This document shows positions 37,882-47,580 of a stretch of 64,000 nt of DNA, piece after piece (position 1 is the stretch's first letter; each line of letters begins with the position of its first letter). The stretch comes from Candidatus Omnitrophota bacterium (GTDB taxonomy: Bacteria > Omnitrophota > Omnitrophia > Omnitrophales > Aquincolibacteriaceae): contig JACPXM010000036.1 in NCBI GenBank assembly GCA_016196545.1, positions 483 to 64,482 of the forward strand, read 5' to 3'. The notes beneath the pieces are model-generated. The model did not search any database and was not told the origin of the DNA. It saw nothing but the letters and a program-made list of their open reading frames with translations. The position numbers and the translations under genes were made by a program.

Positions 37882-38904
37882 TTAGTGTAAATAAGTTTGA
37901 AGAAAATAGAGAATCATCCAGGAATAAACCCCCGCGCCTAAATCATCCATCATAATGCCCCAATATCCCGGAAGCTTCTCGAATTGCTTTAGAGGAAAAG
38001 GCTTAATTACGTCGAAACATCGAAAAAGCAAGAATCCAAAAAGGAGGCTGGGTGCATTCAAAGGAAGTCCCCAAAAGGTGACAAGAATCCCGCAGACTTC
38101 ATCCACCACCACATAAAGCGGGTCATGCTCTTTTTTTAAATCAAGCCGATTCACCGCGAAATATCCCGCTATGGAAACCAAAAGGAAGACCCCTCCGTAA
38201 AGCCAGCCGTTCCACGCACTTAAAAGGACCAGCCCCACACCCGCCAAACTTCCCAGCGTTCCGGGTAAATAGGGAATCAATCCCACGCCAAAGGCGCTCA
38301 CATATTTTGCAAAAAAGACGCTTTTAAAATTTTCCCGATTGGAATAAAGAAAGCTCATGCCGGATAGAAGGGTCAGTGCCGTCATCGCATAAAGCAAAAT
38401 CCGTATCCCTAAGATTCCAAGATCCTGAAAGCGGCCTGCCGCTTCAAAATGCAGACTCAGCAAATAAACGAAGCACCCACAAATAAAAACGCATTGAAGT
38501 CCCATTTTCCATTTGCCCATTTTTTCGGCCGGGGCATGGGCCCCCTCAAGCGCCCACCCGATACGGCAAAAGGTAATAACAAGTTCACGGACAAAAATGG
38601 GGACGAGCCACCCTCGCGAATAAAATCCGAGGTCCGAGAAGACGGCAAGAGGGATAAGGATGAGAAATTTGTCCATCGTGGGATCTAAAATCATTCCCGC
38701 AGCGCTTACCAGATTATGTTTACGCGCCAAATATCCGTCGGCGTAATCCGTGAGCATTCCGATCAAAAACAGGACAAAGGCCAGACTCTGAAATAGGAAG
38801 GAGGAGGAAAACAAGAGAAAAGGAAGCACGCAGGCCATAAGACCGCGCAGGAGGGTGAGCCCAAGAGGGCCAAAAATTTGACGGCGGTTAAAACTCGCCC
38901 ACAA
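37882..38904 (-). CDS. Fusion of CDP-alcohol phosphatidyltransferase (PgsA-like) and phosphatidylglycerophosphatase A (PgpA)
   Basis: 340 aa. The N-terminal half has the exact motif DYADGYLARKHNLVSAAGMILDPTMD (Dx2DGx2ARx8Gx3Dx3D). The C-terminal half has PgpA signatures LPGTLGSLAG, VVDEVCG and FRCFDVIKPFP...GIMMDDLGAGVYS. Confidence 0.85.
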   Translation of the reverse strand: MWASFNRRQIFGPLGLTLLRGLMACVLPFLLFSSSFLFQSLAFVLFLIGMLTDYADGYLARKHNLVSAAGMILDPTMDKFLILIPLAVFSDLGFYSRGWLVPIFVRELVITFCRIGWALEGAHAPAEKMGKWKMGLQCVFICGCFVYLLSLHFEAAGRFQDLGILGIRILLYAMTALTLLSGMSFLYSNRENFKSVFFAKYVSAFGVGLIPYLPGTLGSLAGVGLVLLSAWNGWLYGGVFLLVSIAGYFAVNRLDLKKEHDPLYVVVDEVCGILVTFWGLPLNAPSLLFGFLLFRCFDVIKPFPLKQFEKLPGYWGIMMDDLGAGVYSWMILYFLQTYLH

Positions 38905-40249
38905 GGTCGTATTCCCGCGTTGAGGTGATGGTAACCGGATAAAATTGACCGATTTGAAGGGATTTTGAGGAGTTCACAAAAACATTTCCGTCGACTTCGG
39001 GGGCATCCATATACGACCTTCCTATCCAACCCTCCCCTTTTTTTTCGCTTTTTTCTTCGATCAAAACCTTGAATGTCTTCCTCAAAAGGGATTGATTGTT
39101 CCTTAAGGAAATCTCCTGCTGAAGTTGCATGGCTTGATTCCATCTTTCTTCCTTGATCTTTTCAGGAATTTGATCCGGCAATCGACCCGCTGCGGAGCCT
39201 TCCTCCTGGGAATATTGGAAAATTCCGAGCCGCTCAAAGCGTATTTCTTTCATGAATTCCAGGAGTTCGTTGAAATCCTCCTGAGTCTCCCCAGGAAAAC
39301 CCACGATAAAAGTCGTGCGGATAGCAAGGTCTGGGACGACCGAGCGAAATTCTCTTAACAAATCGAGCGTCCGCCGTTTCGTAATCCCCCGCTTCATCGC
39401 TTGGAGCATGCGATCGCTCGCATGTTGAAGCGGCATATCCAGGTAATGACAGATTTTAGAACTGGATTGAATTACTTCCATTAAATCACGCGTCACGCAG
39501 GCCGGGTAGGCATAAAGGAGCCGAATCCATTCCGGGCCCTTGATTTTATCCAATTCCTTTAGAAGTTCCGGCAAGAGAAATTTCCCTTCCGTGTCGCGTC
39601 CAAAATAAGTTGTGTCCTGTCCCGTGAGAATTAATTCCTTAGCTCCTTCGTCGGCCAGCCTCTGGGCTTCCTTCAGGACATCGGAAATTGTTCGCGAGCG
39701 ATGTTTTCCACGAAATCTTGGAATCACACAAAAGGTGCAAATATGATCACAGCCCTCTGAAATTTTTAAATACCGGTAATGTCCCGGGGTCAGGGCCACG
39801 CGCGTTTCTAGGGACGTAGAAAGATAGCCGGGCCGTCCCACGGAAAATACGCGGCTTCCCTCGCTTACGCGGTCGACAATTTCAGGAATCTTGGCATATT
39901 CGCCGGAACCGATGAAGGCGTCAACCTCACCGAGTTCGGCCTGCAAGGCCTTCGGGAAACGCTGGACCAGGCATCCCATGACGATCACGCCGCGAATTTG
40001 CTTTTCCTTTTTCAATTCCACAAGCTCAAGAATACGGTCTATAGATTCCTGTTGAGCGTCCTGAATAAAGGCGCAAGTATTGAGGAGCGCTACGTCGCAG
40101 TCCGCCACGGAAGGCACCAGCTTGTATTTGACGCGATTAAGCTTGCCCAGAATGACTTCGCTGTCGACAAGTGTCTTAGGGCATCCCAGAGACATCATGC
40201 CGATACGAACAGGCTTGGGCTTTGTTGCTACATTCAGAGTTTTAGGCAT
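38888..40249 (-). CDS. rimO: Ribosomal protein S12 methylthiotransferase RimO
   Basis: 453 aa. Motif SLGCPKTLVDSE, radical-SAM CDHICTFC, and a TRAM C-terminus. Confidence 0.88.
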   Translation of the reverse strand: MPKTLNVATKPKPVRIGMMSLGCPKTLVDSEVILGKLNRVKYKLVPSVADCDVALLNTCAFIQDAQQESIDRILELVELKKEKQIRGVIVMGCLVQRFPKALQAELGEVDAFIGSGEYAKIPEIVDRVSEGSRVFSVGRPGYLSTSLETRVALTPGHYRYLKISEGCDHICTFCVIPRFRGKHRSRTISDVLKEAQRLADEGAKELILTGQDTTYFGRDTEGKFLLPELLKELDKIKGPEWIRLLYAYPACVTRDLMEVIQSSSKICHYLDMPLQHASDRMLQAMKRGITKRRTLDLLREFRSVVPDLAIRTTFIVGFPGETQEDFNELLEFMKEIRFERLGIFQYSQEEGSAAGRLPDQIPEKIKEERWNQAMQLQQEISLRNNQSLLRKTFKVLIEEKSEKKGEGWIGRSYMDAPEVDGNVFVNSSKSLQIGQFYPVTITSTREYDLVGEF

Positions 40250-40318
40250 AAAGTAAAGCTTAGATGAACCTGTGGTTCTTCAAAGCTGAGCCGCGAAAGC
40301 GGACCCAGCGTAGAAGAA

Positions 40319-40392
40319 CGCCCGGGACGGGACTTGAACCCGCAACTCCCAGATCGACAATCTGGTACTCTAACCAATTGAGCTACCCGGGC
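40319..40392 (-). tRNA. tRNA-Asp (GTC)
   Basis: Manual cloverleaf: acceptor GCCCGGG/CCCGGGC, anticodon arm CCAGA-TTGTCGA-TCTGG, T arm GCGGG-TTCAAGT-CCCGT, discriminator G. 3' CCA is not encoded. Confidence 0.93.
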
Positions 40393-40424
40393 TTATAGAA
40401 TGGTCAAGTAATACAGAAGCGGCT

Positions 40425-40452
40425 ATTCTAACGAATTTGATTGGAAAATCAA
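40425..40452 (-). promoter_or_regulatory. Candidate sigma-70 promoter for tRNA-Asp
   Basis: The minus strand reads TTGATT, a 16-nt spacer, then TAGAAT, ending about 32 nt upstream of the tRNA 5' end. Confidence 0.35.
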
Positions 40453-40571
40453 TGAAAGTCTGGATCCCGGGTGTGCAGGCGGCGAGTATAAAAAGCTTGT
40501 ATACACCGGGTGTGGGGGTGGTGGGACTGTATCAACGGGTAAGCGCTCCTGGTACCTTAAGACTATGGGGT

Positions 40572-41126
40572 TTAAAAGCTAATCTTCAATTGCTTGATAT
40601 AACGCTGAAGGCGTTTTTGGGCAATCCCAAGCAAAAGAGCAGCCTTGGGAAGATTGAAATGCGTTTTCGCCAGGGCCTTGATAATCACCTTGCGAGTTAC
40701 GGTCGTACGGATATCGTAAAGATTAAACCCTTTAACGACCAAAGAAACGGCCTCTTTTTCATCGGAAATCATTTGGTCAAGCGCCGTCAAAAGTGCGGTT
40801 TCCGTGAAGGGTTTTCGCAGCACCTCGCTGGCCCCGCTTTTTAGAAGGGCCGGGACATCCACATGAGGGGCGCCTGAGCAAACTAGAATCGGCAATTCAG
40901 CGTATTTGCCCCGAATCATCAAAAGTAAGTCCTCCCCATCCAGACCGGGCATGAGGATATCCAGGATCACGCAATCGGGATGCAGTTCTTGAATCGTCAA
41001 AAGGGCCTTCGTAGGATCGGAGCAGCCGCGGATGCGAAAACCGGCCTCCTGAAGCGTATCCTCCGTGGATTCTAAAAAATCGATGTCATCATCGATGAGA
41101 AGCACTGTTTTTTTGGGTTCCTTCAT
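40572..41126 (-). CDS. Response regulator, REC plus Fis-type HTH, no AAA+ domain
   Basis: 184 aa. Motifs LLIDDDIDF, DILMPGLDG and a C-terminal AALLLGIAQKRLQRYIKQL. Confidence 0.85.
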   Translation of the reverse strand: MKEPKKTVLLIDDDIDFLESTEDTLQEAGFRIRGCSDPTKALLTIQELHPDCVILDILMPGLDGEDLLLMIRGKYAELPILVCSGAPHVDVPALLKSGASEVLRKPFTETALLTALDQMISDEKEAVSLVVKGFNLYDIRTTVTRKVIIKALAKTHFNLPKAALLLGIAQKRLQRYIKQLKISF

Positions 41127-41165
41127 CGTTTAAAATTTACCCTTAGAATTTCAGAAATGCAAGAG

Positions 41166-41242
41166 TGGTGGGCGTTTCAGGACTCGAACCTGAGACCCTC
41201 TCCTTGTAAGGGAGATGCTCTAACCAGCTGAGCTAAACGCCC
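41166..41242 (-). tRNA. tRNA-Val (TAC)
   Basis: Manual cloverleaf: acceptor GGGCGTT/AACGCCC, anticodon arm TCTCC-CTTACAA-GGAGA, T arm TCAGG-TTCGAGT-CCTGA, with ACCA encoded. Confidence 0.93.
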
Positions 41243-41246
41243 GGAA

Positions 41247-42296
41247 TCAAAGATGGTTTAAGGCATCGATTAAAAGCTTGAGACGAGCAAAATGCCGGCG
41301 GTTAAAATGTAAAACAAGCCGGATGAGGTGATGCGTATGCGGTTCATTGTCTTCTTCTTCAAAAGGTTTTTCCCACTGGCTGATTTTTCCTGTCGACAAG
41401 ATGGGAGCAAATCGGCGGTTGATCGTGCGGAGCTGGGAAGCCGTTAACTTTCTTTTAATTCGGATAATCAAATTTTGGTGAATATAACGCATCGAATGAT
41501 AATTTTTATAAAATCGCGCGATCACGCGTGCAGCATCCTCGGCATCATGCGTGAAATGAATCAGATCCATGTCCTCGTGATCAATCATTTTTCGTATTGC
41601 GAGATGTTCCACCAAATATTCCCGCCAGGCACTCCAATATTGACTTTGGGGAGGGTCGATACAGATAATTGGACGGGGTGTTGCCTTGCCGGTTTGAACT
41701 AGCGTCAGCGTCTCAAAACCTTCATCGTGTGTGCCGAATCCTCCCGGAAAAAGGACGGTTGCGTCGGACTCCCTCACAAAAATTAATTTGCGGGTGAAAA
41801 AATATTTAAAATTAATGAGCTTGCTGTCATTCGCAATGACGGGATTGGCTTCTTGCTCAAACGGCAGGCGGATATTGACCCCAAAACTATGGGTTCTGCC
41901 TGCCCCTTCATTTCCCGCGTTCATAATGCCGGAAGAGGCCCCTGTGATGACCATCCATCCTTTGCGCACCATGGAGGTTGCAAATTTTTTTGCAAGTTGA
42001 TAATCGGCGTTTTTTCGCGGGGTGCGAGCCGATCCGAAGATCGCAACCTTGCGGATATGGCGATAAGGACCAAACACATTGAACGCGTAGCGCAGCTCCT
42101 TCATGGCTGCGTTCATAAGCTTCATATCGCCGCGTTCGACGCCATCGAATCCCAGTCTTATCGCTGTTACCATCATCTCACGCATGACATCCCGCTCCGA
42201 AAAATGCCCGGTTGCGGAATCCATGAGGCGTTCAATCTGCTCCTCAAGGAGAGGATTTCCCGTGCTATAGATTTTTCGAGGATAAGGTTTTTCCAT
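41247..42296 (-). CDS. LOG-family / PpnN-like nucleotide 5'-monophosphate nucleosidase
   Basis: 349 aa. Motifs GASSGIMNAGNEG and PGGFGTHDE. Confidence 0.8.
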   Translation of the reverse strand: MEKPYPRKIYSTGNPLLEEQIERLMDSATGHFSERDVMREMMVTAIRLGFDGVERGDMKLMNAAMKELRYAFNVFGPYRHIRKVAIFGSARTPRKNADYQLAKKFATSMVRKGWMVITGASSGIMNAGNEGAGRTHSFGVNIRLPFEQEANPVIANDSKLINFKYFFTRKLIFVRESDATVLFPGGFGTHDEGFETLTLVQTGKATPRPIICIDPPQSQYWSAWREYLVEHLAIRKMIDHEDMDLIHFTHDAEDAARVIARFYKNYHSMRYIHQNLIIRIKRKLTASQLRTINRRFAPILSTGKISQWEKPFEEEDNEPHTHHLIRLVLHFNRRHFARLKLLIDALNHL

Positions 42297-42301
42297 TTAT
42301 T

Positions 42302-42970
42302 TTATTCGACTTTCAACTGGAGGATTAAATCCCCCTCGTGATGACAATGGGGGCATAATTTCCCTTGGCGTGTCAGCCTTAATTTTTGACCGCTTTTACT
42401 GCGCGCAGGAATTTTAACGGAAAGAGTTTTACCGCCGGGGATTCGAAGGGTTGCTTGTCCCCCCTTTTCCGCCTTTTCTTTTGAGATCTTTAAATTAATC
42501 ACAAGGTCAACGTCGAGAGCACTCGGTTCAGGATAATCTTCATCCTCGCTTCCGGCGGTGTAAGCTTGCGTCCATCTCCGGCGAGAAGCGCCCGCCCCGA
42601 GAAAATCCTCAAAAATATCGCCAAAATTCGCATAATTTCCTGTGGCATGAAACGTTGTTCCTCCCCGGCCTTGCGACGAAGAAAAATGACGGAGGAAATC
42701 CTCGAAATCAAATCCCTGGGCATCGGCGAAATTGCCAGCGCTGCCTCCGAAACGGCGCATTTGGTCATAGTGGCCACGGCGCTTTTCATCGCCCAAAACA
42801 TAATAGGCCTGCGAAACTTCCTTGAATTTGGCCTCCGCTTGCTTCAGATTCGCGGGATTTTTATCCGGGTGATATTTTATGGCCAGTTTGCGATAGGCCT
42901 TTTTGATCTCCTCAGGGGTGGCCCTTTCGGAAAGTCCAAGAGTTTGATAATAGTCCTTTTGAGCAACCAT
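42302..42970 (-). CDS. J-domain protein (short DnaJ/CbpA-like)
   Basis: 222 aa. J domain DYYQTLGL...[13 protein letters not shown]. No Zn-finger repeats. Confidence 0.85.
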   Translation of the reverse strand: MVAQKDYYQTLGLSERATPEEIKKAYRKLAIKYHPDKNPANLKQAEAKFKEVSQAYYVLGDEKRRGHYDQMRRFGGSAGNFADAQGFDFEDFLRHFSSSQGRGGTTFHATGNYANFGDIFEDFLGAGASRRRWTQAYTAGSEDEDYPEPSALDVDLVINLKISKEKAEKGGQATLRIPGGKTLSVKIPARSKSGQKLRLTRQGKLCPHCHHEGDLILQLKVE

Positions 42971-42981
42971 GGAGAGCAGGT

Positions 42982-43299
42982 TTACCGCTTCTTAAATTCT
43001 TCCGGATGACGAAAATTAATCTCGAGCCGGCAATTTAAGGCATAGGCAATTCGGATTAAAAGACTGACATCAAAAACGAGGAGCTTTTTGGTCTCAAGCT
43101 GCTCGACGAAATTTTCATTTTCACCGATGCGCAGGCCAAGGTCTTTGCGGGACAAACCGGCCTTGAGGCGCAGCTCGATAATTCGCTCGACAATTTTTAA
43201 TTTTTCTAACTCTTCCTCAAAATCTACGTTTTTAAGAAAAGGTCCGAAAAGTTCTTCCGGTAAATCACTATTCGACTTGTTTGCATTTTCTTTTCCCAT
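42982..43299 (-). CDS. Small helix-turn-helix (XRE-like) protein
   Basis: 105 aa. [27 protein letters not shown] resembles an HTH_3 domain. Confidence 0.55.
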   Translation of the reverse strand: MGKENANKSNSDLPEELFGPFLKNVDFEEELEKLKIVERIIELRLKAGLSRKDLGLRIGENENFVEQLETKKLLVFDVSLLIRIAYALNCRLEINFRHPEEFKKR

Positions 43300-43315
43300 A
43301 GTGCTCCTCGTTTTG

Positions 43316-43474
43316 TTTCATTGATGAATTACTTCTGCAAAGGGAGGTGGCGGTTTCGCCCCCGTCAGTAACTTTGGGTATCCGCCTCCAGTAAAATCTC
43401 AGCTCTGGAGGGGCATTATACCAAAAAACTTCCGCTCTCGCTAAGAAACCTTCACGAATCCGATCCTGAGGGTC
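43316..43474 (-). pseudogene. Relic A: internal fragment of a large-serine-recombinase gene (C-terminal region)
   Basis: The minus-strand translation DPQDRIREGFLARAEVFWYNAPPELRFYWRRIPKVTDGGETATSLCRSNSSMK aligns with residues NPQDRIRMREAFLAKCEVFCYNGRTEVRFSWRRVPKLAEGSDTGHLHHFSVNSSFK of the intact recombinase at 55425..57272. No start codon, truncated at both ends. Confidence 0.8.
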
Positions 43475-43505
43475 TCGAAAAGGAAAAACTCGGGATGTTT
43501 AGTGT

Positions 43506-44228
43506 TCAAGAAAGTCTAAGCGCAAACTCAGACGTTTTGGTTTCACCTTCCGCCACCGTTATTTCAGCCGTCTGTGTCCCCAGTTTTTCGTGCCAAACCT
43601 CGATAGTGTAAGTCCCCGCCGGCAAATCTTTGATTTGAAAGCTGCCGTCGTCTCCGGTCACTGCATAAAATGGATGATCGAGCACATGAACATAAGAGGC
43701 CATCCAAAAGTGGACATCACAGCGCATTTTGATACCTATCTCCGGTTGCGCAAAGGTTTTGGCGGTCGTCATATCCTGTAGGGGCTGGGCGATGTTGAAC
43801 GGTTTTTCGACCTTGGATTCCGAGCGTACATTATGAAGGAGTGGATCGCTATTTCTAAAAATGACCTTTTGCCCGATCCGCGCGACGACCGCATGCGGTT
43901 CGAACATACATCCCTTTTGGTTAATCTCAACCGCTTCGCCAGGAGTGGGGGCCGTTGATGCCGGAGCGCCTTCTTTAATATAAACCAGAGCCCACTTGAC
44001 GGTTTGGTTCGGGTTGACCACCAAATCCTCTGTGACCGGCATCTTGTCACCGTGCATCACTGCGCATTGCTTTTCCGCGCCGAAGTTGAGCGGTTTGGGG
44101 GCCGGGACCTCCCCTTCAAAAATAACTTTGCCGTTAATTACGGCCGCTTGAACTGTAAGAGGCCCAACACAGCTCAATCCACACACAAGGAGCGCAAAAC
44201 CGATGTTCTTCAGTGGACTTGATCTCAT
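43506..44228 (-). CDS. Secreted cupredoxin-like protein with type-1 Cu ligand pattern plus carboxypeptidase-regulatory-like beta-sandwich
   Basis: 240 aa. Signal peptide, then ...FRNSDPLLHNV...KMRCDVHFWM (His...Cys-x2-His-x2-Met, amicyanin-like spacing). The C-terminal DGSFQIKDLPAGTYTIEVWHEKLG is typical of CarboxypepD_reg-like domains. Last gene of the nos cluster. Confidence 0.65.
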   Translation of the reverse strand: MRSSPLKNIGFALLVCGLSCVGPLTVQAAVINGKVIFEGEVPAPKPLNFGAEKQCAVMHGDKMPVTEDLVVNPNQTVKWALVYIKEGAPASTAPTPGEAVEINQKGCMFEPHAVVARIGQKVIFRNSDPLLHNVRSESKVEKPFNIAQPLQDMTTAKTFAQPEIGIKMRCDVHFWMASYVHVLDHPFYAVTGDDGSFQIKDLPAGTYTIEVWHEKLGTQTAEITVAEGETKTSEFALRLS

Positions 44229-44229
44229 T

Positions 44230-44703
44230 TCAATCCTCCCTTTTTAATTGATTCTGATTAGTTAAATTTAACAGTTCATTCCAAGCAACCAAGCGGCCTG
44301 TTTTCTCTTTGGCAAATTCCTGCGCTGCGAGATCGGACACAAAAGCCACAAAGCCATATCCCATCGGTGTCACAAGATCCGGAGAATAAACAAATAGCGC
44401 CTTTTCCCTTGCGATCCATCCCCCGCCGCTTGCATCCCGCACCCAGGAGCGAATTAAGCTCATGTTTTGATCTTTTTCGTAAACGGCGAGGCAGCCGATG
44501 TCGTCGAATTTTAGGAAATGACCGTCGTCTGTCACTGCGGCCGAGACAAACCGTTCCTCCTCAATGATCATCCGGCACTGCACGCAGAAATCGCGGCCGT
44601 AAGCTATCTTTGGCGGTTTGGTTAAATCGCGTTCTCCGCAGCCGGCAAGTGAGAAAACTGCCAAAAACACCAAGAGAATACCGCAAATTTTCAATCGGCG
44701 CAT
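44230..44703 (-). CDS. nosL: NosL copper chaperone lipoprotein
   Basis: 157 aa. Lipobox LSLAGC and CVQCRM motif. Confidence 0.85.
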   Translation of the reverse strand: MRRLKICGILLVFLAVFSLAGCGERDLTKPPKIAYGRDFCVQCRMIIEEERFVSAAVTDDGHFLKFDDIGCLAVYEKDQNMSLIRSWVRDASGGGWIAREKALFVYSPDLVTPMGYGFVAFVSDLAAQEFAKEKTGRLVAWNELLNLTNQNQLKRED

Positions 44704-45521
44704 CGGCGTCTAAAAAAAAGAAGCGCAGCACTTAAGGCTGTCAGTGTCCAAAAACACAGGACTCCTCCTAGAACCACCGCCAACCAAGGCCCAAAAACAT
44801 CCGACGCGTAAAGTCCCGCGGCGCCAAAAGATTCGATGCTTTTTTGCAGCGCTCCAATCACGGCCAATTTAAAAGACTGCGCCGGGTTAATCATGACAAG
44901 CCAAAAAAGTTCGGGAGGCGAAAGCCTCAGGACAATCGCTGTTCCCATGAGTCCCAAATCGCTTAAGAAAATAAAAGTGAACCAAAGGAAAAGCGCTGCC
45001 CCTACCGCCGTTGCTTGACGACGAGCGAAGACGGACGTGAGGAAACCCAAACTCAAAAAAGATAATCCTAGGAGCATGGTAAAGGCAACTAAATAAAGAT
45101 AATCGCTAATTTCTTGTGTGCCTGCAAAACGGGCGATGACAAGTGCGCTGGCGCCGAAACCTAAAAGAATCGTGGAAAGAAGAGCCAGGGCTGAGCCTAG
45201 GTATTTACCCAGAAATACTTCACCCGCGGTTACGGGCTGTGCCAATAGCGTAACCAGTGTTCCCTGCTCGCGCTCACCTGCAATGCTCATGGCACCCAAA
45301 AGCAAACCCATTAGAGGCACAATCAGGAGAACAAGATTTAAGAGACTCGCAGCCGTTCTGCCGAATCCGGATATCCCAAGCGAGCCCAGTCCTGCAAGGC
45401 CGAGAAGACTTAGGGAAACAGATAAAAGTGCGAAAAGAATCGAGACGACAATGAACCAGCGATTACGCCGCGCATCCCGCATTTCTTTGAAGGATAAGAG
45501 CCGTACGGCATTGAAATTCAA
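44691..45521 (-). CDS. nosY: NosY ABC-2 permease
   Basis: 276 aa with six hydrophobic segments. Positioned after nosF. Confidence 0.85.
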   Translation of the reverse strand: MNFNAVRLLSFKEMRDARRNRWFIVVSILFALLSVSLSLLGLAGLGSLGISGFGRTAASLLNLVLLIVPLMGLLLGAMSIAGEREQGTLVTLLAQPVTAGEVFLGKYLGSALALLSTILLGFGASALVIARFAGTQEISDYLYLVAFTMLLGLSFLSLGFLTSVFARRQATAVGAALFLWFTFIFLSDLGLMGTAIVLRLSPPELFWLVMINPAQSFKLAVIGALQKSIESFGAAGLYASDVFGPWLAVVLGGVLCFWTLTALSAALLFFRRRCAD

Positions 45522-46210
45522 TGTGTCCTCCTGGCGAGGTGCGGTCGAACCGAATCCGGCTGCCCCTCGGCTTTGATGACACCATTTTCCAGAATGAGGA
45601 CGCGGTCAGCATTTTTTCTTACTTCGGATGCGCGATGGGTGCAGAACACTAGCGTTTTGCCCGCGAGTCTAAGTCGATCCAGGGCGAGATTGAATTCGTG
45701 GCGGGTGTGTGCGTCAAGATTGCTGGTGGGTTCATCGAGAAAAAAAAGCGGCGGATCGGAAAGAAGTGCGATGATCAGAGCCAGCTTCTGTTTCATTCCA
45801 CCGGAGAGATTTTGTACCATCTGATGACGCGACGCTGACAGCTCCCATTCCTTTAAAAGTTTTTCCACACGCTCTCGCGCAACGCTACGAAGCTGAGCGT
45901 AAAAAGACACGGTTTCCCACACACTTTGATCTTGGTGCAAACGGATCTCCTGCGGGATATAACCGATCAAGGCGCGCGCCTCCCGGCCTTTACGCTTGAC
46001 ATTAAAGCCGTCCACTTCGACGGTCCCTTCAAACTGAATGATTCCCAAAAGACACCGCAAAAGCGTAGTTTTTCCGGCCCCGTTAGGGCCCCAAAGCGCA
46101 ACGGCTTCGCCCCGTTGCACCTCCAGGTCAACGCTTGAAAGTGCCTGAACTTTTTTGTAACGCTTACTCACTCCCGTGACCCGTATGAGCGGGCAAACCC
46201 TTTTGTCCAT
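45518..46210 (-). CDS. nosF: NosF ABC ATPase
   Basis: Walker A GPNGAGKTT, signature LSGGMKQ, Walker B LFFLDEP. Start taken at the internal ATG (MDKRV), 2 nt after the nosD stop. The track ORF extends to 46285. Confidence 0.88.
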   Translation of the reverse strand: MDKRVCPLIRVTGVSKRYKKVQALSSVDLEVQRGEAVALWGPNGAGKTTLLRCLLGIIQFEGTVEVDGFNVKRKGREARALIGYIPQEIRLHQDQSVWETVSFYAQLRSVARERVEKLLKEWELSASRHQMVQNLSGGMKQKLALIIALLSDPPLFFLDEPTSNLDAHTRHEFNLALDRLRLAGKTLVFCTHRASEVRKNADRVLILENGVIKAEGQPDSVRPHLARRTH

Positions 46211-46212
46211 CT

Positions 46213-47580
46213 TTAAAACCGATCCGAATTCTTTTTTAAGAAAGCGGCGAGCGGTAAAAAAAACAGGAACGACAGCACCCACCACGATGCGGGGCGAGGA
46301 GCGCTTTTGTTTGTGCGTATTCTGCCGGCCGGACGCATGAGCGGCCGCGGGTCTTCAAATTTAGGCGTCGGAGCAAATATCGGAAAAACCGCGGCCGCAA
46401 GGTCAATGGCTTGAGCCGAAGGACTTCCCAAAAAAATCTTAAGTTCATGAAAACGATCGGTCAAAAGCTCGAAGAATCGCATGGGTTTATAAGGGATATC
46501 ACCGATTCCATCGCGATCCGCGTCATATCCTCGATAGTTGCTCCAATAATTTCCCGTCCAGTCGTTGACCGTTTGGATGCTTGAGCCGTCCAGGAGCGTT
46601 TGCTCCACATTGTCGAGCACATAATTTCCTTCAAACTTATTTCGCACAGCGGTCGGCAAAAGATTAAAGCCGATATGATTATGCGCAATCACGTTTCTGC
46701 GACAAATCATGGCTTCACAGCCGTCCAGATAAAATCCGATTCGGTTGGAGGTAACAATATTTTCTTCAATCACCGCGTTCTTCATATCTTTAAATCCGAT
46801 TCCGAAACCGCTGGGGCCACGATTGTTCGCTACAATGTTGCCCCGTAACTTTAGTGCCTCGCTGTACATTAAATAGGCGCCCACAGAATTGTCAACGAAG
46901 CGGTTATTGACCACCTCCGCGTTACGGCAGTACATGAAATGAATGCCGTAGCGGCCTTGACGAAAATCATTGTCGCGCAACGTCATATCTTTTGAGTACC
47001 ACAGCACGACATCGCGACCACGTTCGGTACGGTTGTTTTCGATCACAACGCCGTCGCTGAACCAGACGCGGATGAGATCCCCACGCCGCGGAGTATCCAG
47101 CGCCTTGCCTTTGAAGGAATTTCCTCTGAGGACACCGCCCGGTGCCCGGCTCAGATAAACACCGAACAGCACATCCTCAAAACGGTTGTTCTCGATAAGC
47201 GGCCTGGCACCCGTTGCCAAAAGCCCCGAATTTTCGGACGCCAGAAGATCTCCAGAGTTCCTAATCACAAAACCGCGCATTACAACATCCGGGGCTTTAA
47301 TTGTGACGACGGTTCCTTTTCCCCCTCCGTCGATAACAGGCTCGCCCTGGCCCTCAAGCCGTACCGATTTTGTGATCATGAGAGGACCCGCGTAAAGGCC
47401 TTTTGTAACGAGGATGGTGTCACCCTCGGCAGCCTTTTCCAACGCCGCCGCAATCGTTGCATAAGCCGATGGGCTCACCGTTAAACTCTGAGCGTACCCC
47501 TCGTGAAGGAAACGCACGCTTGTCAGGATAAGAATAAGCGCCATACAAGGGATAACTTTTTTATTTATGGGAAGCCCCAC
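46213..47580 (-). CDS. nosD: NosD periplasmic beta-helix protein
   Basis: 455 aa. Signal peptide and repeated parallel-beta-helix units (NNRFEDVLFGVYL, NDFRQGRYGIHFMY, NRFVDNSVGAYLMY). Confidence 0.88.
   Translation of the reverse strand: MGLPINKKVIPCMALILILTSVRFLHEGYAQSLTVSPSAYATIAAALEKAAEGDTILVTKGLYAGPLMITKSVRLEGQGEPVIDGGGKGTVVTIKAPDVVMRGFVIRNSGDLLASENSGLLATGARPLIENNRFEDVLFGVYLSRAPGGVLRGNSFKGKALDTPRRGDLIRVWFSDGVVIENNRTERGRDVVLWYSKDMTLRDNDFRQGRYGIHFMYCRNAEVVNNRFVDNSVGAYLMYSEALKLRGNIVANNRGPSGFGIGFKDMKNAVIEENIVTSNRIGFYLDGCEAMICRRNVIAHNHIGFNLLPTAVRNKFEGNYVLDNVEQTLLDGSSIQTVNDWTGNYWSNYRGYDADRDGIGDIPYKPMRFFELLTDRFHELKIFLGSPSAQAIDLAAAVFPIFAPTPKFEDPRPLMRPAGRIRTNKSAPRPASWWVLSFLFFLPLAAFLKKNSDRF

Noticed and set aside
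40437-40844. Plus-strand ORF of 135 aa between tRNA-Asp and tRNA-Val.
   Set aside because: It is mostly antisense to the well-supported REC-HTH response regulator (40572..41126), and it has no RBS or motif.
41166-41190. The tRNA-Val 3' end (GGTGGGCGTTTC) resembles the recombinase-relic core (GGTGGGCGGTTTC).
   Set aside because: The similarity is only about 12 nt. The relics are explained by homology to the recombinase coding sequence. The elements also lie on the 5' side of the tRNA, not the usual 3' integration side. Probably coincidence.
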